IMG/VR virus record: IMGVR_UViG_3300030376_002881
Span: 1-45,807 of that record
DNA from: a virus
Lineage: Duplodnaviria; Caudoviricetes
Reading direction: 5' to 3' (one strand)
DNA length: 45,807 nucleotides
Part shown: in pieces, positions 25,825 through 33,082 of the stretch
How positions within the stretch are numbered: the stretch's first letter is position 1
Layout: each line of letters begins with the position of its first letter
Translations under genes and position numbers: made by a program
The notes under the pieces: model-generated
What the model was told of the DNA's origin: nothing
Seen by the model: the letters and a program-made list of their open reading frames with translations, nothing else
Databases searched by the model: none

Positions 25825-26075
25825 TGATAGGTGTAAGTTCTACCGCTTGTATGAGCCTTGTAACATCCTTCAGGTGGATGATGGCACACACCATAGACAA
25901 GACCATCCTTGCCATACTTCAGTTCAGATCCTCTTGAACCTGATTCTGCAGTTCCCATGACTTTGTACTCTTTAGTTGTGTCCTTGTCAGGATCATGGAT
26001 TGTGACCCTTTTGGGGATTGATCTATCCATCTTTAGACATCTCATCAAACTTGTTTTTAGCGACTTGCTCCGCAA
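25815..26075 (-). CDS. Early hypothetical protein (start probably MDRSIP)
   Basis: Packed ORF. Confidence 0.55.
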   Translation of the reverse strand: MRSKSLKTSLMRCLKMDRSIPKRVTIHDPDKDTTKEYKVMGTAESGSRGSELKYGKDGLVYGVCHHPPEGCYKAHTSGRTYTYHWE

Positions 26076-26229
26076 ACTCTGGACTCACATCATAAGATGA
26101 TTTGTCTTCATAATGATTGAAGCAGTTATACTCATATCCATCCATAACTAGGTTGAACATTACTCTCCCATGATTCCAGATCTCAATGCCTGGAAACCGT
26201 TCGTCTGTGAAGACTAGCTTTGATTCCAT
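26023..26229 (-). CDS. Early hypothetical protein
   Basis: GAGGA RBS. Confidence 0.62.
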   Translation of the reverse strand: MESKLVFTDERFPGIEIWNHGRVMFNLVMDGYEYNCFNHYEDKSSYDVSPEFAEQVAKNKFDEMSKDG

Positions 26230-26235
26230 AGATCC

Positions 26236-26436
26236 TCACTTATAGACTTGGTTAAAGGCATTCTTACCTATCATTTCACGTAACTTGATCTTAGCTTGCT
26301 TCAAGTTATACAGAACTCTATCTGTATCTTCCTTGTCAATGTCATGGTCTACCCATAGATCACTGACCTTATTAATTAGATCCATCAAGTCATGTCTTGA
26401 CTCAATGATAAGGTTGTTTTTCACCGCCATAATCAC
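26236..26436 (-). CDS. Early hypothetical protein
   Basis: GAGGTG RBS. Confidence 0.62.
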   Translation of the reverse strand: MIMAVKNNLIIESRHDLMDLINKVSDLWVDHDIDKEDTDRVLYNLKQAKIKLREMIGKNAFNQVYK

Positions 26437-26461
26437 CTCTCGATTTGAATGTTACTAAATT

Positions 26462-26531
26462 TGGCGGGCCATGAAGGAATCGAACCTTCCTAGTCTGGTT
26501 TGGAATCAGACCGCATCCCAGATGATGACCC
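26462..26531 (-). tRNA. tRNA-Trp(CCA)-like gene with a shortened D-arm (70 nt)
   Basis: Acceptor GGGTCAT/ATGGCCC, G discriminator, encoded CCA, T-arm GAAGG-TTCGATT-CCTTC, anticodon loop TTCCAAA; only 14 nt between acceptor and anticodon stems. Confidence 0.8.
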
Positions 26532-26536
26532 ACAAT

Positions 26537-26611
26537 TAGCGAGTGGAGCTGCACTGCATGGTTTGGAAGCATGCCCACTATACCTATGTACAGTATAATG
26601 AAACCCCACTC
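26537..26611 (-). ncRNA. 75-nt tRNA-like three-way junction with a Trp anticodon loop and no T-arm
   Basis: 10-bp closing stem GAGTGGGGTT/AGCTCCACTC + GCTA tail; 8-bp hairpin CATTATAC/GTATAGTG; GCATG-C-TTCCAAA-C-CATGC. Confidence 0.65.
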
Positions 26612-26618
26612 TGGGCTC

Positions 26619-26807
26619 TTACTGCTCTAAGTTTGGATTAGCATCCAGTATCATGTTTCGTATTTGATCCATTGAAGTGAATCTAATCCCATAAATAACA
26701 TTGTATCCATCACTATCTTGAGCAGGATGAAATTGACAGTATCCTTTAGTACTAGGATTCCAGTATTTTTCTGGCCTCCTAAAAGGATTAGGTATTTTAC
26801 TTCTCAT
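26619..26807 (-). CDS. Early hypothetical protein
   Basis: AAAGGGA RBS directly after an early promoter. Confidence 0.65.
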   Translation of the reverse strand: MRSKIPNPFRRPEKYWNPSTKGYCQFHPAQDSDGYNVIYGIRFTSMDQIRNMILDANPNLEQ

Positions 26808-26830
26808 AAATCCCTTTCACTGTGAGTAGT

Positions 26831-26859
26831 ATTATCTCACATGTGATGCTAATTGTCAA
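26831..26859 (-). promoter_or_regulatory. Host sigma70-type early promoter
   Basis: TTGACA-17-GATAAT with extended -10 TG. Confidence 0.85.
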
Positions 26860-27206
26860 GACCTATATTTTCCTCTGTGTACCCTGCATTGGATGTAATC
26901 ATTATAAGACTCATATCCTTCTGCTTCCCATTTTGGAACGGTCCTGTCCTTTTCTACTGTGACCGCTTGGATCACAATAGTCTCGCCATTCCTGCGAATG
27001 GATCTAGCTTTTTTCTGCTCTGTTCCTTTGCTCCTGGACTTCTTACCATTGCGATCAATGGCAGACTTCCATTCCTTTGCGTGATTAAAATTCATGAATG
27101 CTTTCACATTCAACACAGGTTCAATCCTAGTATCACGGAATGTCTGTGTTTTAATCTCACCTTTTGAGCTTGGAACTGGCAGAACCTGAAACTGTTGTTC
27201 TGTCAT
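26856..27206 (-). CDS. Basic early hypothetical protein
   Basis: 116-aa ORF between two early promoters. Confidence 0.65.
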   Translation of the reverse strand: MTEQQFQVLPVPSSKGEIKTQTFRDTRIEPVLNVKAFMNFNHAKEWKSAIDRNGKKSRSKGTEQKKARSIRRNGETIVIQAVTVEKDRTVPKWEAEGYESYNDYIQCRVHRGKYRS

Positions 27207-27221
27207 GTTCTATCTCAATTG

Positions 27222-27266
27222 TTACTGTTTGTGATATTATCTCACATCCAGGTCTATATTGTCAAG
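27222..27266 (-). promoter_or_regulatory. Early promoter within a 45-bp direct repeat (copy 1)
   Basis: TTGACA-18-GATAAT; 43/45 identical to 27416-27460. Confidence 0.85.
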
Positions 27267-27390
27267 ACTTTTTACCGAATACCTTTTTTAAAGTCTTTTC
27301 GCTTGTTTTATACTCGAACAGAATCATTAAACTAATGTCTGCATAATCGAGTCCGATCATATATTGATCGATACTGATACCTTTTTTCAT
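27262..27390 (-). CDS. Small early protein (42 aa)
   Basis: MKKGISIDQYMIGLDYADISLMILFEYKTSEKTLKKVFGKKS; AAAAGGT RBS; stop lies in the next -35. Confidence 0.55.
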   Translation of the reverse strand: MKKGISIDQYMIGLDYADISLMILFEYKTSEKTLKKVFGKKS

Positions 27391-27415
27391 GATACCTTTT
27401 ACTGTTCTACTGTTT

Positions 27416-27460
27416 TTACTGTATGTGATATTATCTCACATGCAGGTCTATATTGTCAAG
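27416..27460 (-). promoter_or_regulatory. Early promoter within a 45-bp direct repeat (copy 2)
   Basis: TTGACA-18-GATAAT. Confidence 0.85.
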
Positions 27461-27462
27461 TT

Positions 27463-27615
27463 TTATTTTCTAAACTCGACTTTCTTAAATACAGTTTCAT
27501 TACATTTGTCACATTGATATTCATTGTAAAGACTTCCAGATCCTACGGATTTGAAACCGTAATATCTCATCAACCTTTTGCAATGGTTTGGATGTGACTT
27601 TTCTAAACCAATCAT
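27463..27615 (-). CDS. Small early Zn-ribbon-like protein (50 aa)
   Basis: MIGLEKSHPNHCKRLM...YQCDKCNETVFKKVEFRK; AAAAGGT RBS. Confidence 0.6.
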   Translation of the reverse strand: MIGLEKSHPNHCKRLMRYYGFKSVGSGSLYNEYQCDKCNETVFKKVEFRK

Positions 27616-27661
27616 AATTACCTTTTACTATGTTCTACCGTTGAAACTTTACCGTATCAAA

Positions 27662-27715
27662 ATGACTTTCTCGGTCAGTCCTCATTCGAGAGGTAGCGTG
27701 CCGTGCTTTCGTCAT
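27662..27715 (-). ncRNA. Structured 5' leader hairpin of an early transcript
   Basis: ATGAC/GTCAT, CGG/CCG and CCTC/GAGG nested stems with purine-rich internal loops, starting at the predicted TSS. Confidence 0.45.
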
Positions 27716-27722
27716 GTTGAAT

Positions 27723-27751
27723 ATCGTCTCATTTGTAGATTTAACTGTCAA
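27723..27751 (-). promoter_or_regulatory. Host sigma70-type early promoter
   Basis: TTGACA-17-GACGAT preceded by TGA. Confidence 0.7.
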
Positions 27752-27800
27752 GGTTTTTTTTGAATGACTCAAAAATTAAGTCAATCGATCAGTTTCGACA

Positions 27801-27829
27801 ATTGTCTCACAGGTAGAAATGATGGACAA
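27801..27829 (-). promoter_or_regulatory. Host sigma70-type early promoter (weaker match)
   Basis: TTGTCC-17-GACAAT preceded by TGTGA. Confidence 0.55.
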
Positions 27830-28229
27830 GAAAAAAGATTATCAATAAAAACAGAGACTTAGAGCTAAACAACTGAAATCATTGACGAAAAAAAATGCAT
27901 AGATAAAACACAAAAAAACGCTATAAGGATCCCCGCGCGTTCGTTACTTTGCAAATCGGCTGGAATGGTCGAAAATAGATCCCATATCTACTGAATCATG
28001 AATAAAATCAATGACATACAGCGAAAAAGGGCCGATTTGGGTGAAAAAATAAAAAAAAGGAGAAGGGGGACACCCTCCGACCCACACATCGTTATACCCC
28101 CTCATATTTTTTCTTTAAATATTTGTGGAGAAGGTCTAGGCCGTACACAGCCGAACTCAGTGGTGCATAGAAACTAAGTCGGATAGGCAGTGTAAGGGGT
28201 ATTATAAGTATAAGTTTAACCTAGCCTGA
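27830..28229. other. Non-coding region probably containing the physical genome termini
   Basis: A-tract-rich, no ORF, between terminase and early promoters as in T7-like phages. Confidence 0.65.
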
Positions 28230-28249
28230 TCTATAATGGCCCTTTCATA
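28230..28249 (-). promoter_or_regulatory. Phage RNAP promoter facing the genome end (phiOR-like)
   Basis: TATGAAAGGGCCATTATAGA overlapping the terminase stop. Confidence 0.85.
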
Positions 28250-29912
28250 CCCTTATCCACGTAGGCTGTTTATTTTCAACGTATTCAGACCCTACTATTC
28301 CATTTATAAATTTCTCTAACTCCATATCAAACAATTCATCCCTTCTATCCCTTATCTCTATGTCTGCATCAGCAGCCATCTGGTCAACCCAGTATTTGAC
28401 AGCCATTGCTAGGGCATCAAGCCTATCATCATGTGTCAAAGCACCTTTATCCCTGGTTATCCTAGTCATCTGGTGCATCAACATGTATTTACACTGTGAC
28501 TCAGCAGGATAATGTTGCACAGTCTTATAGTCATTTTCAATAACTTTAGGATCAATGACTAACCTATGAGAATTCATCACAGGTTCAATTGTGTCACATA
28601 TACGTCTTTCTTTTTGTACATTAGAACGTATCTCCTCCATTGTCACCTGATAGATTTTAAGGAGAACTGGTTTCCACAGTTCCATAAACATCCCATCACC
28701 AAAGTTACTTTCAATGATCACCATATTGACAGCATTACGTTTTGCTATGACTGACAATGCTCTAAGGTTACTTTCATTGTATCCTCCTTGGATTCCACCG
28801 CATTCTGTGACATAGAGGTATCCATTCAGCATCTTGACTACAGCATAACCGCATTCGTCTTTTCCTCGCCCACTAGGGTCAACTGACATCACACTGCCAG
28901 TGTAAGGTAGCCAATCTCCTAACTTTGTCTCAGGACCGTAATATGAATCCCCAGGAAGTCCTACATTCGGCAGGTCTGTAATCTTATTGTTACCATCACG
29001 ACTCCACACAGGTTTTTCAGGTGCTGTTGTGTCGTCACATGCCATTATAATAAGGTCATTCAATTTTAATGGGTATCGATCTGCATCTGACAGTGAGGTG
29101 TCTAACTGAAACTGTAGGTTAAACCCAGAACGACCATACGACAGTTCACGTTCTAGGAGATCCTCATCATCAAACCGCAATGGATCTGTAGGATTTCCTT
29201 CTATCTTCTCCTTCTCTAGTTTTTCCTGTATAAAAGGTGCTAGACGATTATTATACCTGAGAAGCTGCTGGTGTGTAGGGTATCTACTAGGCCAGATCCG
29301 TGTCTCGTACCCTCTATCTGGAAGTGTTTCATACAGTGACATTTCAGTTTGAGGTGTGCCTAAGTACACTATAGTTCCATCTGGTTTAAGGACAGCATCA
29401 AACTCCTTCACAGCCTCACTCAGCTTGTCTCTCATGGTCTGAGTCATACTGTTATTAGGTACTTCCACATCGTCTGCTACGATCAGGTCTGCTCTGGACC
29501 CTGAAAGCTGACCTGTGATACCTACACTTTTTACAGATGGACTGTGAGAAGCCTTAGAAGGGCCAACATCGAAAGAAACTTTAGACTGCCTCTGTCCCTC
29601 CCGTGATCGTAAATGATGCAGCACAGGTAGTTCTGAGATTAATCTCTGGGTAAATGTAGAGAAGTCATCTGCTCTGATCTTACTTGCAGATACCACCAGC
29701 ACTTTTGTTTCAGGATCTTTTAACAATCTCCATGTGACATAAGCACTGGTGATGTAGGATTTACCCACTCCTCTGAATGCTTCAACGACTGCACGTTTTG
29801 GTGAGTTTTGAAGATAGTCAGCTATGTCGTACTGTACTGGTGTAGGATCTGGAAGATTCAGGTGTTTCCAGCATAGATAAAGGTAGTTCCTGAAGTCTTC
29901 CAGTTGGTTCAT
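28245..29912 (-). CDS. terL: Terminase large subunit (T7 gp19-like)
   Basis: AFRGVGKS, GSRADLIVADDVE, LGTPQT, DPSGRGKDE and HDDRLDALA motifs. Confidence 0.97.
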   Translation of the reverse strand: MNQLEDFRNYLYLCWKHLNLPDPTPVQYDIADYLQNSPKRAVVEAFRGVGKSYITSAYVTWRLLKDPETKVLVVSASKIRADDFSTFTQRLISELPVLHHLRSREGQRQSKVSFDVGPSKASHSPSVKSVGITGQLSGSRADLIVADDVEVPNNSMTQTMRDKLSEAVKEFDAVLKPDGTIVYLGTPQTEMSLYETLPDRGYETRIWPSRYPTHQQLLRYNNRLAPFIQEKLEKEKIEGNPTDPLRFDDEDLLERELSYGRSGFNLQFQLDTSLSDADRYPLKLNDLIIMACDDTTAPEKPVWSRDGNNKITDLPNVGLPGDSYYGPETKLGDWLPYTGSVMSVDPSGRGKDECGYAVVKMLNGYLYVTECGGIQGGYNESNLRALSVIAKRNAVNMVIIESNFGDGMFMELWKPVLLKIYQVTMEEIRSNVQKERRICDTIEPVMNSHRLVIDPKVIENDYKTVQHYPAESQCKYMLMHQMTRITRDKGALTHDDRLDALAMAVKYWVDQMAADADIEIRDRRDELFDMELEKFINGIVGSEYVENKQPTWIRV

Positions 29913-30043
29913 GTGTAGCTATTTTGTATCTTTAAATTATCCTTTGGAGTTTTCTTCTTTTTTCTCTTTTTCTTCATCGCCTTCTTGTACTCACTCATAC
30001 CCTTCTTATCGTAAGAATACTCCTTACCGTCTAACTGTGGCAT
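29909..30043 (-). CDS. Small basic protein (44 aa)
   Basis: MPQLDGKEYSYDKKGMSEYKKAMKKKRKKKK...; GGAGG RBS; ATGA overlap with terL. Confidence 0.7.
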   Translation of the reverse strand: MPQLDGKEYSYDKKGMSEYKKAMKKKRKKKKTPKDNLKIQNSYT

Positions 30044-30186
30044 TACTGTCCTCCTCGTAATTTAATTAGTTCTTTTTCCTTTGAAACTTCCTCCTGAGAA
30101 AACCTGTCGTAGTGCATACCACGCATTCCCATTGATTCCTGGTAACTGATTCTGTGTTCACGCTGCTTCTGTGACTCTTTCTTCAT
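30043..30186 (-). CDS. Small hypothetical protein (47 aa)
   Basis: MKKESQKQREHRISYQESMGMRG...; TAATG coupling to the next gene. Confidence 0.6.
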   Translation of the reverse strand: MKKESQKQREHRISYQESMGMRGMHYDRFSQEEVSKEKELIKLRGGQ

Positions 30187-30190
30187 GATC

Positions 30191-30415
30191 TCAGTTTCCT
30201 CTTCTTGCTTCATCTAACTCCATCTGGGTTGGAAAAGGCATATTAGTCATTAGTTGTTGTAAAGGGTTGTCATTCACTGGCAATGCAGTGATCTCGTTGT
30301 CTTTGAGGAATTTCACTGCCACTGCTAGGTCTGCTGGCTTTGCATCACCAGTTTGAATGCGAAGCAGTAACTCTTTAGCCACTTCGTTGTGGAGTTGCTT
30401 TAGTTCATCACTCAT
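30191..30415 (-). CDS. terS: Terminase small subunit (T7 gp18-like)
   Basis: LKQLH...ADLAVAVKFLKDNEI pattern. Confidence 0.85.
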   Translation of the reverse strand: MSDELKQLHNEVAKELLLRIQTGDAKPADLAVAVKFLKDNEITALPVNDNPLQQLMTNMPFPTQMELDEARRGN

Positions 30416-30872
30416 GTATACCTTCAGTGTACTGTGTTTTACCGTCTATCCGTGAAGCAGTAAGTACTCTGCTACGGTTTTCTCCTTCATTGTTGTATGA
30501 GACATGAATCCATCCACTCGTAGGTTCTCCCTGCTCGTAGAATTCAAGGATAAGTTGATCAAACGTAAGATTCTGCTCAATCCATTTTGCTAGTTGTAGG
30601 TTGTCAATTGAGGGTGCTTCTAGGTCTGCTGCCATTCCCAGGACATGCTGGCTCGAATCGCCACTTCCAATCTTGCGGTTAAGCTCCAAGACTCTCAGGG
30701 CCGAATTAATGGTAACTCTCCCATGTTCTTCTCTTATGGGTTGTAGTACAGCAGTAGTTAGTGCTGTTAACCTTATTAGTTGTGTAAGATCGGGAGAGTT
30801 ATCAATACCGTGGCGAATAGCTGTCTGTGACCTAGTAAGTTCCTTCAATGAGAAGTTCTTACTTAGTTTCAT
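30408..30872 (-). CDS. Endolysin, peptidase M15A family
   Basis: LSKNFSLKEL, SQH..G.AAD and WIHVSY zinc-binding motifs. Confidence 0.9.
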   Translation of the reverse strand: MKLSKNFSLKELTRSQTAIRHGIDNSPDLTQLIRLTALTTAVLQPIREEHGRVTINSALRVLELNRKIGSGDSSQHVLGMAADLEAPSIDNLQLAKWIEQNLTFDQLILEFYEQGEPTSGWIHVSYNNEGENRSRVLTASRIDGKTQYTEGIHE

Positions 30873-30955
30873 ATATTATCGTCACATGCACATGGGTCAG
30901 AAAGGCAATCAGGACACATCTCAGTTTCTTCTACTTGTGAGTCATTATTATCCAA
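30869..30955 (-). CDS. Cys-rich micropeptide (28 aa)
   Basis: TTG start after AAGGA; ...EMCPDCLSDPCACDDNI; ATGA overlap with the endolysin. Confidence 0.45.
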   Translation of the reverse strand: MDNNDSQVEETEMCPDCLSDPCACDDNI

Positions 30956-31136
30956 GGAAATCCTTTACACTTTTAAATGAGTTTTCAGGCATTTGGTCTA
31001 CTACTGCATCAACCATTTTAAGTTGATCTTCGCTAAGATTATCTTCCATTACTTTTGCTACGTGTTCTTTAGCTAAAGACTGTGCTTGGTCTACAACTAA
31101 AGATTGAATTACATTAAGGAGTAACGATGCTACCAT
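30948..31136 (-). CDS. Hypothetical protein in the lysis cluster
   Basis: Packed ORF. Confidence 0.6.
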   Translation of the reverse strand: MVASLLLNVIQSLVVDQAQSLAKEHVAKVMEDNLSEDQLKMVDAVVDQMPENSFKSVKDFLG

Positions 31137-31458
31137 TTGCTTCTTCTTCTTCTTCTATAGGTTTTTTAGGTTCAGGGTTATGTTCTGGTTCGTCATGAGA
31201 CACTTCAAACCAGTGTTTACCTAACATTCCGATGATCGGTAAAAATGCACCGAATGCTAAGTTAATTAGGTCTTTACTCGATTGAGCTAGTTCATCTGGT
31301 TTATTAACCATAGTAAACACAAGCCAACCAAAAAGACCGAAGGCAAGTAACGATATAAGAAATCTTGCCCAAAATCTTAGTTTCATAAGTTGAATGTGTG
31401 GATCATCTTTCTGCTTTCCACCGTTTTTTACAGTTGTTTTTTCTGTTACTGTTTCCAT
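31114..31458 (-). CDS. Two-TM membrane protein, holin candidate
   Basis: Two hydrophobic helices; near the endolysin. Confidence 0.65.
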   Translation of the reverse strand: METVTEKTTVKNGGKQKDDPHIQLMKLRFWARFLISLLAFGLFGWLVFTMVNKPDELAQSSKDLINLAFGAFLPIIGMLGKHWFEVSHDEPEHNPEPKKPIEEEEEANGSIVTP

Positions 31459-31791
31459 CTACTTTTTTGTAATTTCTTTAATTGCTTGTGTATTAGCTTC
31501 TAAAGCTAACTTAATCTGAAGAATAGCATCTGAGGATCTCTCGATCATATCCAAGAGTCTACTATCGTGTTCCTCGTCTTTCTTCCAGAACTCTTCTCGT
31601 TCTTTCTTCGCTAGTTCACTTTGGTACCTAATAAACCAAAATGCAGCGATAATGACACAGGCTGGAATGCCTAAGTCCATTACCATCTGATATAATGTGC
31701 TTACTTCTGGCATAACTTCTGTTGCTTGTGTTGTTGTTGTAGGATAATTATAGTAAATAGAATCCGCTGGGTTAGGGCTATGTCCACTCAT
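31459..31791 (-). CDS. One-TM coiled-coil protein, holin-like
   Basis: LGIPACVIIAAFWFI followed by a charged coil. Confidence 0.65.
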   Translation of the reverse strand: MSGHSPNPADSIYYNYPTTTTQATEVMPEVSTLYQMVMDLGIPACVIIAAFWFIRYQSELAKKEREEFWKKDEEHDSRLLDMIERSSDAILQIKLALEANTQAIKEITKK

Positions 31792-31937
31792 TCTTCCGTT
31801 GGTTTTTCATTGTTTTCTTCCATCTCAACTAATGCTTGTCGATACCCTATTAACTGCTGAAGTTGATTTTGCATTTGTGGAATCTCTTGTTGTAGTTTTG
31901 CGATTTGAATGTCTACTTGTTCTTTAGTTAGTTGCAT
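31788..31937 (-). CDS. Small coiled-coil protein (49 aa)
   Basis: MQLTKEQVDIQIAKLQQEIPQMQNQLQQLIGYRQALVEM...; ATGA overlap. Confidence 0.65.
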   Translation of the reverse strand: MQLTKEQVDIQIAKLQQEIPQMQNQLQQLIGYRQALVEMEENNEKPTEE

Positions 31938-32043
31938 TTTCTAGTGCGGTTACTTTTTGCTTATATTATTAACCAACTAGCGTTAAATCTGAAAAGCTAG
32001 TAGCTGATCTGTGTCCTAATAAAGTCGCTTTAGTTGTTGCCAT
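31924..32043 (-). pseudogene. Putative collapsed tail-fibre gene remnant
   Basis: MATTKATLLGHRSATSFSDLTLVG**YKQKVTALENATN* in one frame. Confidence 0.4.
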
Positions 32044-32045
32044 GT

Positions 32046-32351
32046 TTACTCAGGTTTCGGGTATTTTGCTTTAACTGCATTACGTTTTTCTATGATTGAT
32101 GCCTTGTCTGACTCATCGTACAATGCGACTACTAATTCTTGGATTGAAGGGTATTCTTGTAGTCTGTCACGTTGGTACTGAGTGTCTTGAATTAACTGCT
32201 CTTGTTTTACTAACTCTACTTTTATTTCTTCATCAGTAGGTTTACTTTCAGGTTCTATTTCCCATTCTATATTTTCAATTTTATCTTCACCTAAAATTCT
32301 CCATTTGCCAGTTGGTGATAATTTTAATAGGGCATTTCCTAAAGCACTCAT
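32046..32351 (-). CDS. Tail-fibre-associated chaperone-like protein
   Basis: KPTDEEI...YQRDRLQEYPSIQE...AVKAKYPKP pattern following a fibre gene. Confidence 0.7.
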   Translation of the reverse strand: MSALGNALLKLSPTGKWRILGEDKIENIEWEIEPESKPTDEEIKVELVKQEQLIQDTQYQRDRLQEYPSIQELVVALYDESDKASIIEKRNAVKAKYPKPE

Positions 32352-33034
32352 GTTTGTACCTCATAAAAAACAATACTTGATGTTTTGTTACTATTAGATT
32401 GATTCCTTATTTTCCCAATACTTAATTCAACAGATGTAGTCGTGTAACCTCTTAATTTAACAGTAAAATTATTGCCATCAGTATTATCAAAAAAACCAGT
32501 TCCAACGTGAGGTAATGGTTCTTCACTGGCAACTCTTGAATGCCAATACGTTTCAATTACTAAACCATGCGTGCCACTTTTTGAAGACCATAAAGCTAAT
32601 TTTGTTGGGGTTGGTCCAGCACTATTAAGATCACCATGAACAGATAAATGAAATAAAAACTTACTTGAGTTTGATTTTGGTGTAATTGTTGTGTCACCTA
32701 ATAGAGAACCTCCACCGTCATGAACTACATTAGTACCCGAACTAGCATCACCATTACTCCCATCGTCACAGTTAACAGCAGTTGCAGGCAGGTCTATAAT
32801 TCCACCTTGAATAACATTACCAGCAGGGAAAGTCCCATTAAACGTACCAGATGTGACAGTACCCAACCGAGTAATATTATCCTGAACTGTGTTACTTAAT
32901 GTTCCACTTGTTATTTTATCCCCTGCTAAATTAGGTATAACTGAAGTAGAAAAAGTACCGGTAGTTATATCACTAGCATCTAACCCTGACCCAGCTTGTA
33001 CACCAAGGTTTGCCATGTCTCTTGCCCTACTCAC
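32348..33034 (-). CDS. Secondary short tail fibre / receptor-binding protein
   Basis: MSRARDMANL start, ITTGT/ITSGT repeats, FPAGNVIQ...TITPKSNSSKFL...FYEV tip domain. Confidence 0.75.
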   Translation of the reverse strand: MSRARDMANLGVQAGSGLDASDITTGTFSTSVIPNLAGDKITSGTLSNTVQDNITRLGTVTSGTFNGTFPAGNVIQGGIIDLPATAVNCDDGSNGDASSGTNVVHDGGGSLLGDTTITPKSNSSKFLFHLSVHGDLNSAGPTPTKLALWSSKSGTHGLVIETYWHSRVASEEPLPHVGTGFFDNTDGNNFTVKLRGYTTTSVELSIGKIRNQSNSNKTSSIVFYEVQT

Positions 33035-33082
33035 TTGATTCCTCCTGTTCTTTTGGATATTTACTTTTTAAGGTTTTTTGTA

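Noticed and set aside
27230-27440. CRP sites (TGTGA...TCACA)
   Set aside because: The spacer is 7 bp rather than 6, and other copies keep only one half plus the spacer
26830-27460. CRISPR-like array
   Set aside because: The repeats are promoters separated by ~150-370 bp containing ORFs; no cas genes
27662-27715. Hammerhead ribozyme
   Set aside because: No CUGAUGA core on either strand
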